Of a stretch of DNA of 64,000 nucleotides, positions 36,827 through 46,871 are shown piece after piece. The translations under genes and the position numbers were made by a program. The DNA is from Heteronotia binoei (Eukaryota), in the NCBI RefSeq assembly GCF_032191835.1, contig NC_083226.1, positions 108,562,001-108,626,000 of the forward strand, given 5' to 3'. The notes under the pieces are model-generated. The model made no database searches, had not been told where the DNA came from, and saw only the letters and a program-made list of their open reading frames with translations. The stretch's first letter is position 1, and each line of letters opens with the position of its first letter.

Positions 36827-39800
36827 CACCAATGTGGTTGGGGAGGGAGCAGCAGAGAGATGTGCAACCTCTCCATCACCTCCCAAAGTCTCCGACAGCC
36901 CCGATGGTGTGGAGGAGGTAAAGGCGGTGCTGGGGGGTCCAAGTGCCTTCCCACAACCTCCCGAAGTCTATGTGGAATGTGTGAGATGGTGGCAGAGGCC
37001 CTATGAAAGATTTAGGTCTTTAGTAACCAGCGAGGAATTTCGCTTTGTAAATTTAGAACACGTGCGTTCCTTTGCACATGCCTTGGAGGTGCTAACAAGG
37101 GGGATCCAGGATGTTCTGGATGAGATTAACGGCGGCATAGATGAGGGAGATTTTGTTCAAATGCGCCTATCGGGGGAAGGTCTACAAAACCCATTATTTT
37201 CATTTAAGAAAAAGAAAGACCATCTCAGCGCTGATGAGTTTCTGGAGTTTGTGGTAAATACGCTGCAAAGCAATAGAGAAATACTCCGCACCGACACACT
37301 GCGCTTAATTGTGACTGTTCCAAAGCCCCTGAGGGCGGTGCTCATCGTAGTATCAAGTTTATCCCTTACAGTTCAATAATTGAAAAAAAAATGGCGTTTT
37401 TTGGTAGATTTTTCAGATTATAACAACAATCTATGCTTCACGGCGGGGCTCATGGGTGTAATGAAAAGAGTGGGGGATCTTTCTGACGTAATCCTTTTAG
37501 AGGCAGCTAGAAAATTAGGATGGTATGATCAGAAAAAGGTGGGTCTCTGTGACATATCAGCAGTTGAGGAACATTTAAAAGTGAACATTCATGTTGTGTT
37601 GTGTTCTGATAAGGGATGGAGTATATTTAAAACGCAGCCCCCAAAATATCCTGAGACCCATTTTATGCTTTTACATAGTGATCATTTTTATGGCATTCTT
37701 CACATTAAGAGATTTTTTTGGGTCTAGGAATTATTGCAGGTATTGTTACACCCTATACAACCAATACCATAATTGTTCTCAATTTTGTAGAATGTGTTCC
37801 ACCGCAGAATGTAAAACGATCCTAGGGACACCTAAGAAATGTCCCAACTGCTGCTTGTATTGTAGCAGCGACTTTTGTTTTAAGAGGCATGGTGAGCTGG
37901 CGGCCCAAGATGAAACAGCATGTCCCTCCAGGGCATGGTGTACAAAACGCAGTACTTACAAGGACGTTATGCATCTGTTCGAAGAGTGTTATAGGAGGGC
38001 ATGTAGACAATGTGGTGGGAAGCTGGAGGATGATGAAGATTTCCACAGTCTGTGTTATTTAGAACCTCTGAAACAGCCCAATGTTTCGTCAAAATACATA
38101 TTTTATGATTTTGAATGCACACAAGACAACGTAGGTGGGGTGCATTGGCCCAATTATGTTTTTGCTAAAGCCTTGGGGGAAGATAAAAAATGGCGAGCCA
38201 GTGGTAAATCTTGGGAATTCAGGGGTGAAACGTGTGTTTATCAGTTTGTTAACACAATTACAGCACAAAAGCAGTTTAAGCATACCACCTTCATTGCCCA
38301 TAACTCCAAGGCTTACGATTCTTACTTTATTGTTAAGCAGCTGATTGAGGAGAGGTTGGATCCCAAACTGGTAGCCTTAGGGGGAAAGCTAATGTGCGTG
38401 AACATAAAAGGTCTCAACATAAAATTCATTGATTCGTTGAACCATCTTCCCATGGTCCTCTCTAAGCTGCCAAAAGTTCTAGGATTTTCCCAGAGTAAGG
38501 GCTATTTTTGTCATTTTTTCAACACTGAGGAAAATCATTCTTATGTGGGACTTTTACCATAGCCCAAATACTACGGGATAGACCTGATGATGCCCGAAGA
38601 AAGGGAGGCTTTCTTAAAATGGCACGAGGAGAAAAAGTCTAGAATTTTTGATCTCCAAAAAGAACTAGCTTTCTATTGCCAGCAAGATGTGAACATTCTG
38701 GAACAGGCTTGTACGTTGAACCGAACCGAAATTATGAGCATGACAGCCCAGGATGGTCTCAGTATAGATCCCCTACAATATCTCATATTGGTGGGGGTCT
38801 GTTTAGCCATGTACAGGTTTAATTTTCTGACACCTCTCTCGGTGTCAGTTTGGTGTAGTGGTTAAGTGTGCGGACTCTTATCTGGGAGAACCGGGTTTGA
38901 TTCCCCACTCCTCCACTTGCACCTGCTAGCATGGCCTTGGGTCAGCCATAGCTCTGGCAGAGGTTGTCCTTGAAAGGGCAGCTGCTGTGAGAGCCCTCTC
39001 CAGCCCCACCCACCTCACAGGGTGTCTGTTGTGGGGGAGGGAGATAAAGGAGACTGTGAGCCGCTCTGAGACTCTTCGGAGTGGAGGGCGGGATATAAAT
39101 CCAATATCATCTTCTTCTTCTTTGGTGGCCATTCCTCCTCCAGACCACTATCACAGGGAAACAAAGAGGTTTTCAACTTCTTCTATTCAGTGGCTCTGCT
39201 ACTTGGAGTACTCTGAAAAGATCCAAATACAACACTCGTTAAAGGGACAGGAATGTAAGGTTGGGAAGTATTTCCTAGATGGGTTTGCGGTGCTGAATGG
39301 GAAGAAAACAGCTTTTGAGTTTAACGGCTGCTATTGGCACGGCTGTCCACAATGTTATGAACCTAACAAAATCAATAGATTAGCAGGGAAAACATTTGAC
39401 GAGCTTTACTGTGCTACAAGGCGGAAGTATGATTACCTTAAAAGGATGGGGTTTCAAGTTGAGAGCATATGGGAGCACAAGTGGAACCGTCTTAAGAACA
39501 CTGACGAGGCTGTGAAAGCTTTTCTTAAAGCAGCAGACTTTCCTGATCCTCTGATTCCTAGAGATGCACTTTTGGGGGGGCGGACTAATGCCATTACCCT
39601 GTACTACAAAGCTGGAGAAGGAAAGCAAATACACTACTACGATTTCACCAGTCTGTACCCATTTGTGAATGCGACAAAGGTGTAACCTCTAGGCCACCCC
39701 GAGATCGTTCAAAATAATTTTGTGCCTCTCACAGAATATTTTGGATTGGCTAAGGTTAAAGTTTATCCCCTGAGAGGTCTTTTTTCCCCTGTGTTGCCAT

Positions 39801-40889
39801 CCTGGGTGGGTGGGAAGCTGTTTTTTACACTATGCAGGACCTGCGCTGAAACAAGACAACAGGAGACATGTTGGCATTCTGATGAGGAGAGGGCTCTGAC
39901 GGGCATGTGGGTCACCGTAGAACTGCATGTGGCTCTTGCCAAAGGCTACAGGGTTGTGAAAATCTTTGAAGTTTGGCATTTTGAGGGGAAAAGCAGGCAG
40001 CTCTTTGCAAAATATATTAAAAGACATCTCAGGCAGAAGCAGGAATCTTCTGGCTACCCAGATTGGTATGTGACACAGGCTGATAAAGAGAAATACATTG
40101 CTGATTTTTACAAAAAGGAAGGTGTCCTTCTCCACCCCAAGCATATCTGCCCCAACCCCGCAAAGCGCCAGATTGCTAAGCTTTCCCTCAATTCTTTGTG
40201 GGGTAAATTTGCACAGAGAACGAACTTGCCAAACACACCAAACACTGTGAGAGACCCAAACCGCTTTTTTGAGCGGGTATATTCAGAGAATTACAAGCCC
40301 ACAGCCTGCAGTTTCATCTGCGATGATGTAGCCTGGGTGCCTTGGAAGCACGCTGGGGAGCGTTTGACAGCTCCCAGATACACAAATGTGTTCATAGCTG
40401 CTTTTACCACAGCTTATGCATGATTAGAACTCCACGCTCTTATCAAAAGTTTAGGAGAGAGGTGCTTGTACTCAGATACTGATTCCATGATCTTTGTGAG
40501 CCGTCCCTGTGACTCTAATTCTCCCCCTAGTATGCTATCTAGGTCAGCTGAGTGAAGTGCCCGCGGGGCAGTATATAATGGAGTTTGTTTCTGCGGGTCC
40601 TAAGACTTACGGATACAAGCTGTCAGGAGGGGAAGGGTGTCTGAAAGTTAAGGGTGTTACTCTGAATGCCTCTAATAGTGAAAAGATCCATTTTGACAGT
40701 TTGAAGGATTTGGTTTTCACGCACGTTTCTGGCTCTGAGCCTGGTGAGATCACGGTGAGTCACCCAGGCACAGTCACAGACAAAAAGAACTTTGTTATTA
40801 AAACAAAACTTCTTAAAAAAACTCAGAAGGTGGTTTATGACAAACGAGTGCTCGGGGAGGGGTTTAAGAGTCTGCCCTACGGTTATTAA
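36786..40889 (+). pseudogene. polB: Protein-primed family B DNA polymerase with N-terminal TP-like/vOTU-like region, disrupted
   Basis: YDFEC, AHNSKAYDSYF, FIDSLNHL, GGRT, YDFTSLYP, KLSLNSLWGKF, YSDTD (~40468), GPKTYGY; several frameshifts and stops plus a SINE insertion. Confidence 0.96.
38841..39120 (+). mobile_element. MIR/Ther-1-like (Squam3-type) SINE inserted in pPolB
   Basis: Head CAGTTTGGTGTAGTGGTTAAG..GGGTTTGATTCCCC and a (TCT)n tail; the pPolB reading NFLTPLS|LVAIPPP is split by it. Confidence 0.9.
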
Positions 40890-40890
40890 A

Positions 40891-41522
40891 ATGGATAAAA
40901 GGTGGCGCCTTCTTTCTCGGCCATCCTGGCAGGACCCAGCAATTGCGGGAAAAGTTATTTTATAAAAAAATTTACTTGTGAACGCAGTCTATGCTTTCTG
41001 TCATGCCTGAAAATATTGTGTGGTTTTACGCATGCCGGCAACCATTGTATGAAGAATTGCTCAGACACTATTCTTTTATAAAGTTTGTAGAGGATTTGCC
41101 CTCCAATTTGAATGATGATGAATTGCTACCTCTTAATAAAATAAACCTCGTCATTGTGGATGATCTGATGGCATGTGCCTCTGATAATCAGAAATCTGAG
41201 TATTATTTACATCATACAGAATCTATTCTGCCAGGGGGAAAGCAGCAGAACCATCAATCTGAACACCAAGTACATGGTGTTATTTAAAAACCCCAGAAAT
41301 AAATTGCAAATAGCGACTCTAGCCAGACAGATGTACCCCGGGAAAGCGGCCTTTTTTATGGAGGCTTATGAAGATGCCACAGGAAAGCCCTTCGACTACC
41401 TGATGGTGGATTTAAACGCGACCACGCTGGAATCTTACAGACTTCGTACAGGGATGTTCCCCCCAGACCTCCCGGTCTGCTATGTTATTAAAAAAAAAGT
41501 CGGGGGGATTAAAAGGTGCTGA
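40891..41522 (+). pseudogene. A32/FtsK-like packaging ATPase, frameshifted
   Basis: Walker A AGPSNCGKS, Walker B LVIVDDLM, then QNLF..G..SRTINLNTKYMVLFKNPR. Confidence 0.93.
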
Positions 41523-41573
41523 TGCTCAACTCTGCAGGGCTTTTAAGGAGAGTCAGCCTGGCACGGAGGAAGC

Positions 41574-41899
41574 ATGTCTGCATGCTTAAAGAGAAACGGA
41601 AGTCTCCTGAGACTCATCTCCAAATCACCCCCTCATCTAAGGAATGCTATTCTGTGCGCTGCTCCAAACGATTTAATAAAGGCTAACGATTTAATAAACA
41701 TGCTGAAAGGCATCATCCCCCTGTCACAGTGGCAGAAGACTGTCCTGCAATTAAAACGGTCCCTGATTAAAACCCTGAGCAGCATTAAAACTCCCCTTAC
41801 AAAGAAGAAGAAACTGGTGAGACAGCCGGGGGGGGCCTTATAGGGTCCTTGCTGGGTTTTGTTCTGCCTTTGCTCACCAGCTTTTTAACACCCTCCTGA
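41574..41899 (+). pseudogene. Small basic Maverick core-type protein (PM-like) with an amphipathic C-terminus; frameshift in a G8 run
   Basis: 89-aa basic ORF; a frame change at 41828-41835 extends it with LIGSLLGFVLPLLTSFLTPS* to a TGA overlapping the next ATG. Confidence 0.7.
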
Positions 41900-42513
41900 T
41901 GGAACATGCGGAGAAGATGTACCTGGTCCCTAGCCAGCAGTTGGATCGTCTAACTAATCAGCAGCCCTCTGAGAGTGAATCCATCAGGCCCGCCATTGTG
42001 CACTCTCTAGACAAGGAGATGAAAACGGTTCTAGAGAGGGAGGATTTGTCCAAATACCAGGAGGCCAAGGTCTACACCGCTCTTCTTCAGAAATATCTCA
42101 CGCACGTCAGAATGGGTGAGGAAGAGAAAACTAAGCTGGATCTGTATCTCCCGCAAACTGAGTTAACACCTGATGTCAATAAAAAAAATGCAACCGTTTT
42201 TGAAAAGGTGATAGAGAATCTACCACATCAAAACAGGAACAATGCCTGTGTGCTGCTAAAGAAAATGGATCAAAACAAAGAAATTGCCTCTTGGGATGAA
42301 AGGGGAACTTTTCTTTACAGAGGAGCCCCTGTTGCTGGAAGCCACCTGCTTGACTTGGTCAAGGCTATTACTCAGACTCGCCCTCCCTCTTCTGCCCTCT
42401 CACCTAAAGGCATGGACGTGTTTATGAGGGCTCTGGCCAAACTCAACGTCCCCTCTTCAGTGGTGGGCACCCCGGCTGCTAGAAAAATGCTGGAAGACCT
42501 GAAAAGCCCATAG
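41899..42513 (+). CDS. Conserved Maverick protein of unknown function (PW-like by position)
   Basis: 204-aa open ORF (MEHAEKMYLVP...SWDERGTFLYRG); naming rests on gene order only. Confidence 0.65.
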   Translation: MEHAEKMYLVPSQQLDRLTNQQPSESESIRPAIVHSLDKEMKTVLEREDLSKYQEAKVYTALLQKYLTHVRMGEEEKTKLDLYLPQTELTPDVNKKNATVFEKVIENLPHQNRNNACVLLKKMDQNKEIASWDERGTFLYRGAPVAGSHLLDLVKAITQTRPPSSALSPKGMDVFMRALAKLNVPSSVVGTPAARKMLEDLKSP

Positions 42514-42651
42514 CCTCCGGCTTTAAAGAGCACGCTCGTAATTTCTTCTAAAAAAAAAAAAACAGCCTGCGTGGTTGACTATGGAAGAATAATTTTTTTT
42601 GTAAATGCAAATCTTTTGGCTCTGATTATTTTATGGACAAAAATGGACATT

Positions 42652-43203
42652 TTAATATCCCAACAGATTTTCATTAGGGGGACCACAAGAAACACAGGTT
42701 TGGGTGCGGGTGTACTTGTTTTGTAAAGTCCTTGAATTGTTCAGGGTGCTTTTTGCAAAACTCACGACCATCCTGTTGTTCAGTTTGGGAGTGGGAGAAT
42801 ACATCTTCACAATCTCGTGAAAGGGGGCAGCATTGCAGTGGTGGTGGAGAAAAAACCGGCAGTGCTGTCCGCATGTGTTAGATGTTGATCCTTGGAGATG
42901 GTTCCTCTGGAAACGCACCTCGTTAGAATTCTTGTTTAAAAAGTCCATAATGGCAGGCGGAAAGAGGGGGCTAGAGGGTGGGTTGCCGAATGAGTAAAAA
43001 AACTTGGAGGTCCCGGGGTCGCTGAGATAAATAGCCAGCCAATGTTCTCCCGGGAGGTAGTGGGGATGAGTGTTCACCACTAAAGAGATGGGCCTCTGGG
43101 ACAGCCTTTCAACAGGTAGCTGATCGCTGGGGAAGATGCTCAAGAAGCTTTTTCGAGTGTGAGGATTGTCTAGTAAGACACGTGTTAGCTGGACAGTATC
43201 CAT
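42652..43203 (-). CDS. Adenain-like cysteine protease (catalytic Asp appears mutated)
   Basis: VVNTHPHYLPGEHWLAIY, FFYSFG (Asp expected where Tyr is), LQG..SNTCGQHC. Confidence 0.92.
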   Translation of the reverse strand: MDTVQLTRVLLDNPHTRKSFLSIFPSDQLPVERLSQRPISLVVNTHPHYLPGEHWLAIYLSDPGTSKFFYSFGNPPSSPLFPPAIMDFLNKNSNEVRFQRNHLQGSTSNTCGQHCRFFLHHHCNAAPFHEIVKMYSPTPKLNNRMVVSFAKSTLNNSRTLQNKYTRTQTCVSCGPPNENLLGY

Positions 43204-43204
43204 G

Positions 43205-44506
43205 TTACATATAGTCAAAGAGCACGTTGCGGTTTTGGTTGATCTCGATGACGTTGTCAAACACCCCGTACACGATCAAATTCACCGTTTGGGGGAGTGC
43301 ATCTGCAAAGCATATTTCAGCTCTCAGGTTCCCCGTTTTGATCAGGGAGTAATCGTCTGTACATTCCTGATCGGGAGAGAGGTCAAAGGCAAACAGAGTG
43401 TACTCTTTCCGATACTCGTCACGATCTATTAGAAGCAGTCTATCCTGAAGATGCTTCCCTGCAGTTTGCACCAAACTCATGTATTCTCTCACGTTGTTCC
43501 CCATGACAAAGTCGGGCTGGAAGGGTTTGTGGGGGATCTGCTCCCCGTCCACATATAGGGCTGCAAAGTTAATGTTGTAATCTTTAAAGTGGAAAGGGTT
43601 TTTGGTGAAACCGCCGCTGAAAGCATCATTGTCCACCAGAGCCATGACCACCATTTTGGGAAGCTGTCCCAAAAACAAGTTGTCTTGGTTGCTTACCCAG
43701 GCTCCTGCTGAGATACTGAACACTTTCATGCTGACACGGTCCACAGGGTATTTTGCTGTGGAGGTCATCAGTGCTTCAGCATGGGCCAGTTGGACACTTG
43801 AGGACACCCTCACTTTTTTCACAAAGAGGGAGGCTGAATTTATCTGGAGCTTAAAACGTGTCCCGTCTCCTACACTGCTCATCAAGCAGAAGGTGTCCCT
43901 GCTGCGGGTTAGTTTGATTTTCACATCCACTCTGTTTAGTAGCAATTTTTCTTGAAAAAATAGGTCCGCGTGGAGATGCCCTAAAAAGTCTATCGCCCTG
44001 CTCTCGGCCATTAGTTCTTCTCTCTTGGCAAACCCCTTGTTGACGGGGTTTCGTGCTGGCCAGCTGTATCCTTATAAAAACCACCCGCTGAAAATTATGT
44101 GGCTAGGGTTTCCTCGCTGTAATTGAGCAGAGTTTCAATCATTGCCCTATAGGGGGTAGCAATTATTGCTCTGGCTGATCAGCCGATCTCCGACAGTCAC
44201 ATCCAGCTGACTGAATATGGATGCTATCGGGTAGTTCACCAGCACTACTCTAGTGTCAGCAGGGAGGTCTATGCCATTTTTTCGAGTAATTTTGCATTTC
44301 ACATAGAGGAGTGTATTGTTTAAATCGATGTAACCTTCCCCATTACCAGCTATGTAGAACTCTATAGGCGCAGATCCTGTAAGGGCTGATAGGGGTGGGA
44401 CTTCGATATACAGGCTTTTCTCGATGCAAGTTTGTGTCAGGGCTATCTGGAACAGATTGAGCTCCGACTTCACACACTCTTCCGAGCTGCAGTGAATGAA
44501 TGCCAT
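43205..44506 (-). pseudogene. Double jelly-roll major capsid protein, frameshifted
   Basis: MAFIHCSSEECVKSELNLF..., HLHADLFFQEKLLLN, NPFHFKDYNINF, YTLFAFDLSPD. Confidence 0.93.
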
Positions 44507-44513
44507 GGCCCGA

Positions 44514-44978
44514 TTATAAAATGTCTTTGACTCCCCCGTGAGGAGTCCTCTTCTTCTTCCTCTTTCCTCCCCTCTTCCTCAGTGCCTTCTGCTTCTTGGG
44601 GACCCCAAGACTTCTTTTAATGGGTCCTGGGGGGCCCCTACGTGTAGTAGACCATTTTCGTTTAAGTCCGCCCCTTCTTTTAAGATACAGAAAGCCCGAT
44701 CCCTCCTGGGGGTCAAGTTTATTCATAACTCGACATGTCACATGGCCCACGACATCTTGAGCAATATTGCGAGCTGCAGTTTTCAAGTGCGGCTTGATAA
44801 TGTCCACCCCTTTTTTAAAAAGCAGTATGGCCATTCGAAAAAGCCTCCGAAAAATCCCTCCAACTCCTGTCCCATACATAACGGGTGCACCATGAAATCC
44901 AGGGATAGTGTAACCGGCTTGTGAACAGTAATAGCCCCTAAACAGCGCTGGGTCCCCATAATCTTTCACCATCACCAT
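44514..44978 (-). CDS. Basic Maverick core-type protein (PZ-like by position)
   Basis: YYCSQAG..PGFHG..MYGTGVGGIFRRLFR and a Lys/Arg-rich C-terminus. Confidence 0.7.
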   Translation of the reverse strand: MVMVKDYGDPALFRGYYCSQAGYTIPGFHGAPVMYGTGVGGIFRRLFRMAILLFKKGVDIIKPHLKTAARNIAQDVVGHVTCRVMNKLDPQEGSGFLYLKRRGGLKRKWSTTRRGPPGPIKRSLGVPKKQKALRKRGGKRKKKRTPHGGVKDIL

Positions 44979-45706
44979 TTTTTCCACGGTCGTAAGTGCA
45001 ACCTTATGATGACCTTGCCGTAACGGAATGACACGGGTTGATTCTGATCCGTCTTTATTTCTACACGGATTGTTTCAATATGCTGTTTGTTGACGGGGAC
45101 GTAGTGGGGCTCATCATAGATGACTGTGACAAAATCGTGAGTTTTCCCTCTTATCAGAACAAAGCACAGAAGGGGCATGGCTGTGTCCCCTACCAGCTGG
45201 TGTTCTATGATATCGGTATATAGGTACAGAGAATTAAACCCTTTGGTAATATCCGTTGCATGTTGAATGTTTTTGAACGGCGTGTTAGGGGGAATCCCCA
45301 GCAGCAGCGCTAATTCGTTACCCATGATGAAGTGTGTAACGCTCGAACTGACAAATCTAGTTTTCCCTGTTGTTTGGTCATAAAGGAAACGCACATTGGG
45401 TGGTGTATCGGCATGTTTCCGTACAGCCGTCTGCATGGCGTCTAATATATGGCGAACATCTTCATAATAGCCCTGCTTCACCTGGAATTCGTTTCTAGTA
45501 ATCTCGGTACAAATTTGGAACATCTATGGCTTACTGATCGTGTACCAGGTGTGGGGGTACTGAATTTCCACCAATCCCACTTCCCACTCCCCCCTCAAAT
45601 CCAGAGGCTTAAACAAGCGCACCGTGAAAGCTAAAGTGGTGTTTTCAGGAAATAGGTTCTTAGAAGCGTTGCTGGGTAGCGGGATGTAAAAACCGTCATC
45701 TTCCAT
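44972..45706 (-). pseudogene. Minor capsid (penton) protein, one frameshift
   Basis: FYIPLPSNAS..WEVGLVEIQYPHTW, SLYLYTDIIEHQLVGD...PLL, HYVPV. Confidence 0.9.
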
Positions 45707-46799
45707 CCTGTTCAACGATGTCTTCAGCTGGGACCCAGCTGTTAAATTTGGGTGGCCACCCCCTCCACTTCACTAAGATCTGCTTCTGTTTCTTGTTTGT
45801 CCGGGTTTTTATAATTTTCTCTAGCTTGTATGTTCTGTCTTTCCAACGAGTCACTTTCTGCAACTCCTCCGTGTAAAACCCTCCTAGGATTGGTTCACCG
45901 TCAAAATCTATCAGGTGGTACACGGGCCTCTCGCCCCTTCCCCCCACCTCTTCTATAATAAAAATTTCTTCTGTGAAACTCTGTTCATAACCCTTCTCAA
46001 ATGTCCCCTTTGTTCTAGAGACCCTCACACAGTCCCCTTTTCTAAACAGAACTTGTGTTTCTTTTTTGGGAGAACCCAGGACCGCACCATACACACACCT
46101 CCACACTGTAAGCGTGTTAGAGGGTTTGACATCTACAGGCAGCGTCTGAATAGTTCTATGGTGACTATGGTTATAACTTTTGACTAGGTCTTGTAACACA
46201 TCCATATACTTAAAAGTGTTATTGTGTGTAAAATATCTCCACATCCTGGTCTTTAAAGTTCTATTAAACCTCTCCGCTACGGCCGCCTTCACCTCATTGT
46301 TGGTGACAAAATGGCGAACTCCATGTTCCTTTAACAGAGCACCCACTTTTTAATAGAGAAACTCCTTGCCCCTGTCTGTTTGCAGCTTTTGAGGGACCCT
46401 CCCTGATCCTCTGAAAAAGCTTTTAAAAGCAGTTGCCACCTCGGCTCCACCTTTGTCTTTCAGAGGCACCATCCACGTGTATTTAGACGGGATGTCTATC
46501 ACTGTCAGAATATATTTATAGCCCCTGTTGTAATTGAAATATTGTTGCATATCTACCAAATCCGCCTGCCACTGTTCGTCAACATTCCCCACGATTACCT
46601 TGTTCCTTTTGAAACGCACCCTGACCGGTTTATGCATACTGTATGCGCCCTGATCATCCAACCACTCTTTCACCTCATTTCTGCTCAGCTTATACCCCCT
46701 CTTAGATGCTGCCTGAAATAGCTGTTCAATACCCCCAAAACTACCAACCTCCCGCGGATTATAATAAATCCCTTTTAACACATCCCCGTGGTGCGTCAT
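45696..46799 (-). pseudogene. Retroviral-like integrase with C-terminal chromodomain, one frameshift near 46348
   Basis: QWQADLVDM, LQTDRGKEF, AERFNRTLK, ILVKWRGWPPKFNSWV. Confidence 0.95.
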
Positions 46800-46871
46800 G
46801 ACACTTTGCTCTCTTTTGCCACAATGAAAGTATTTTTTATTATGCTGCATATATACAGAAAAACTGGATCT

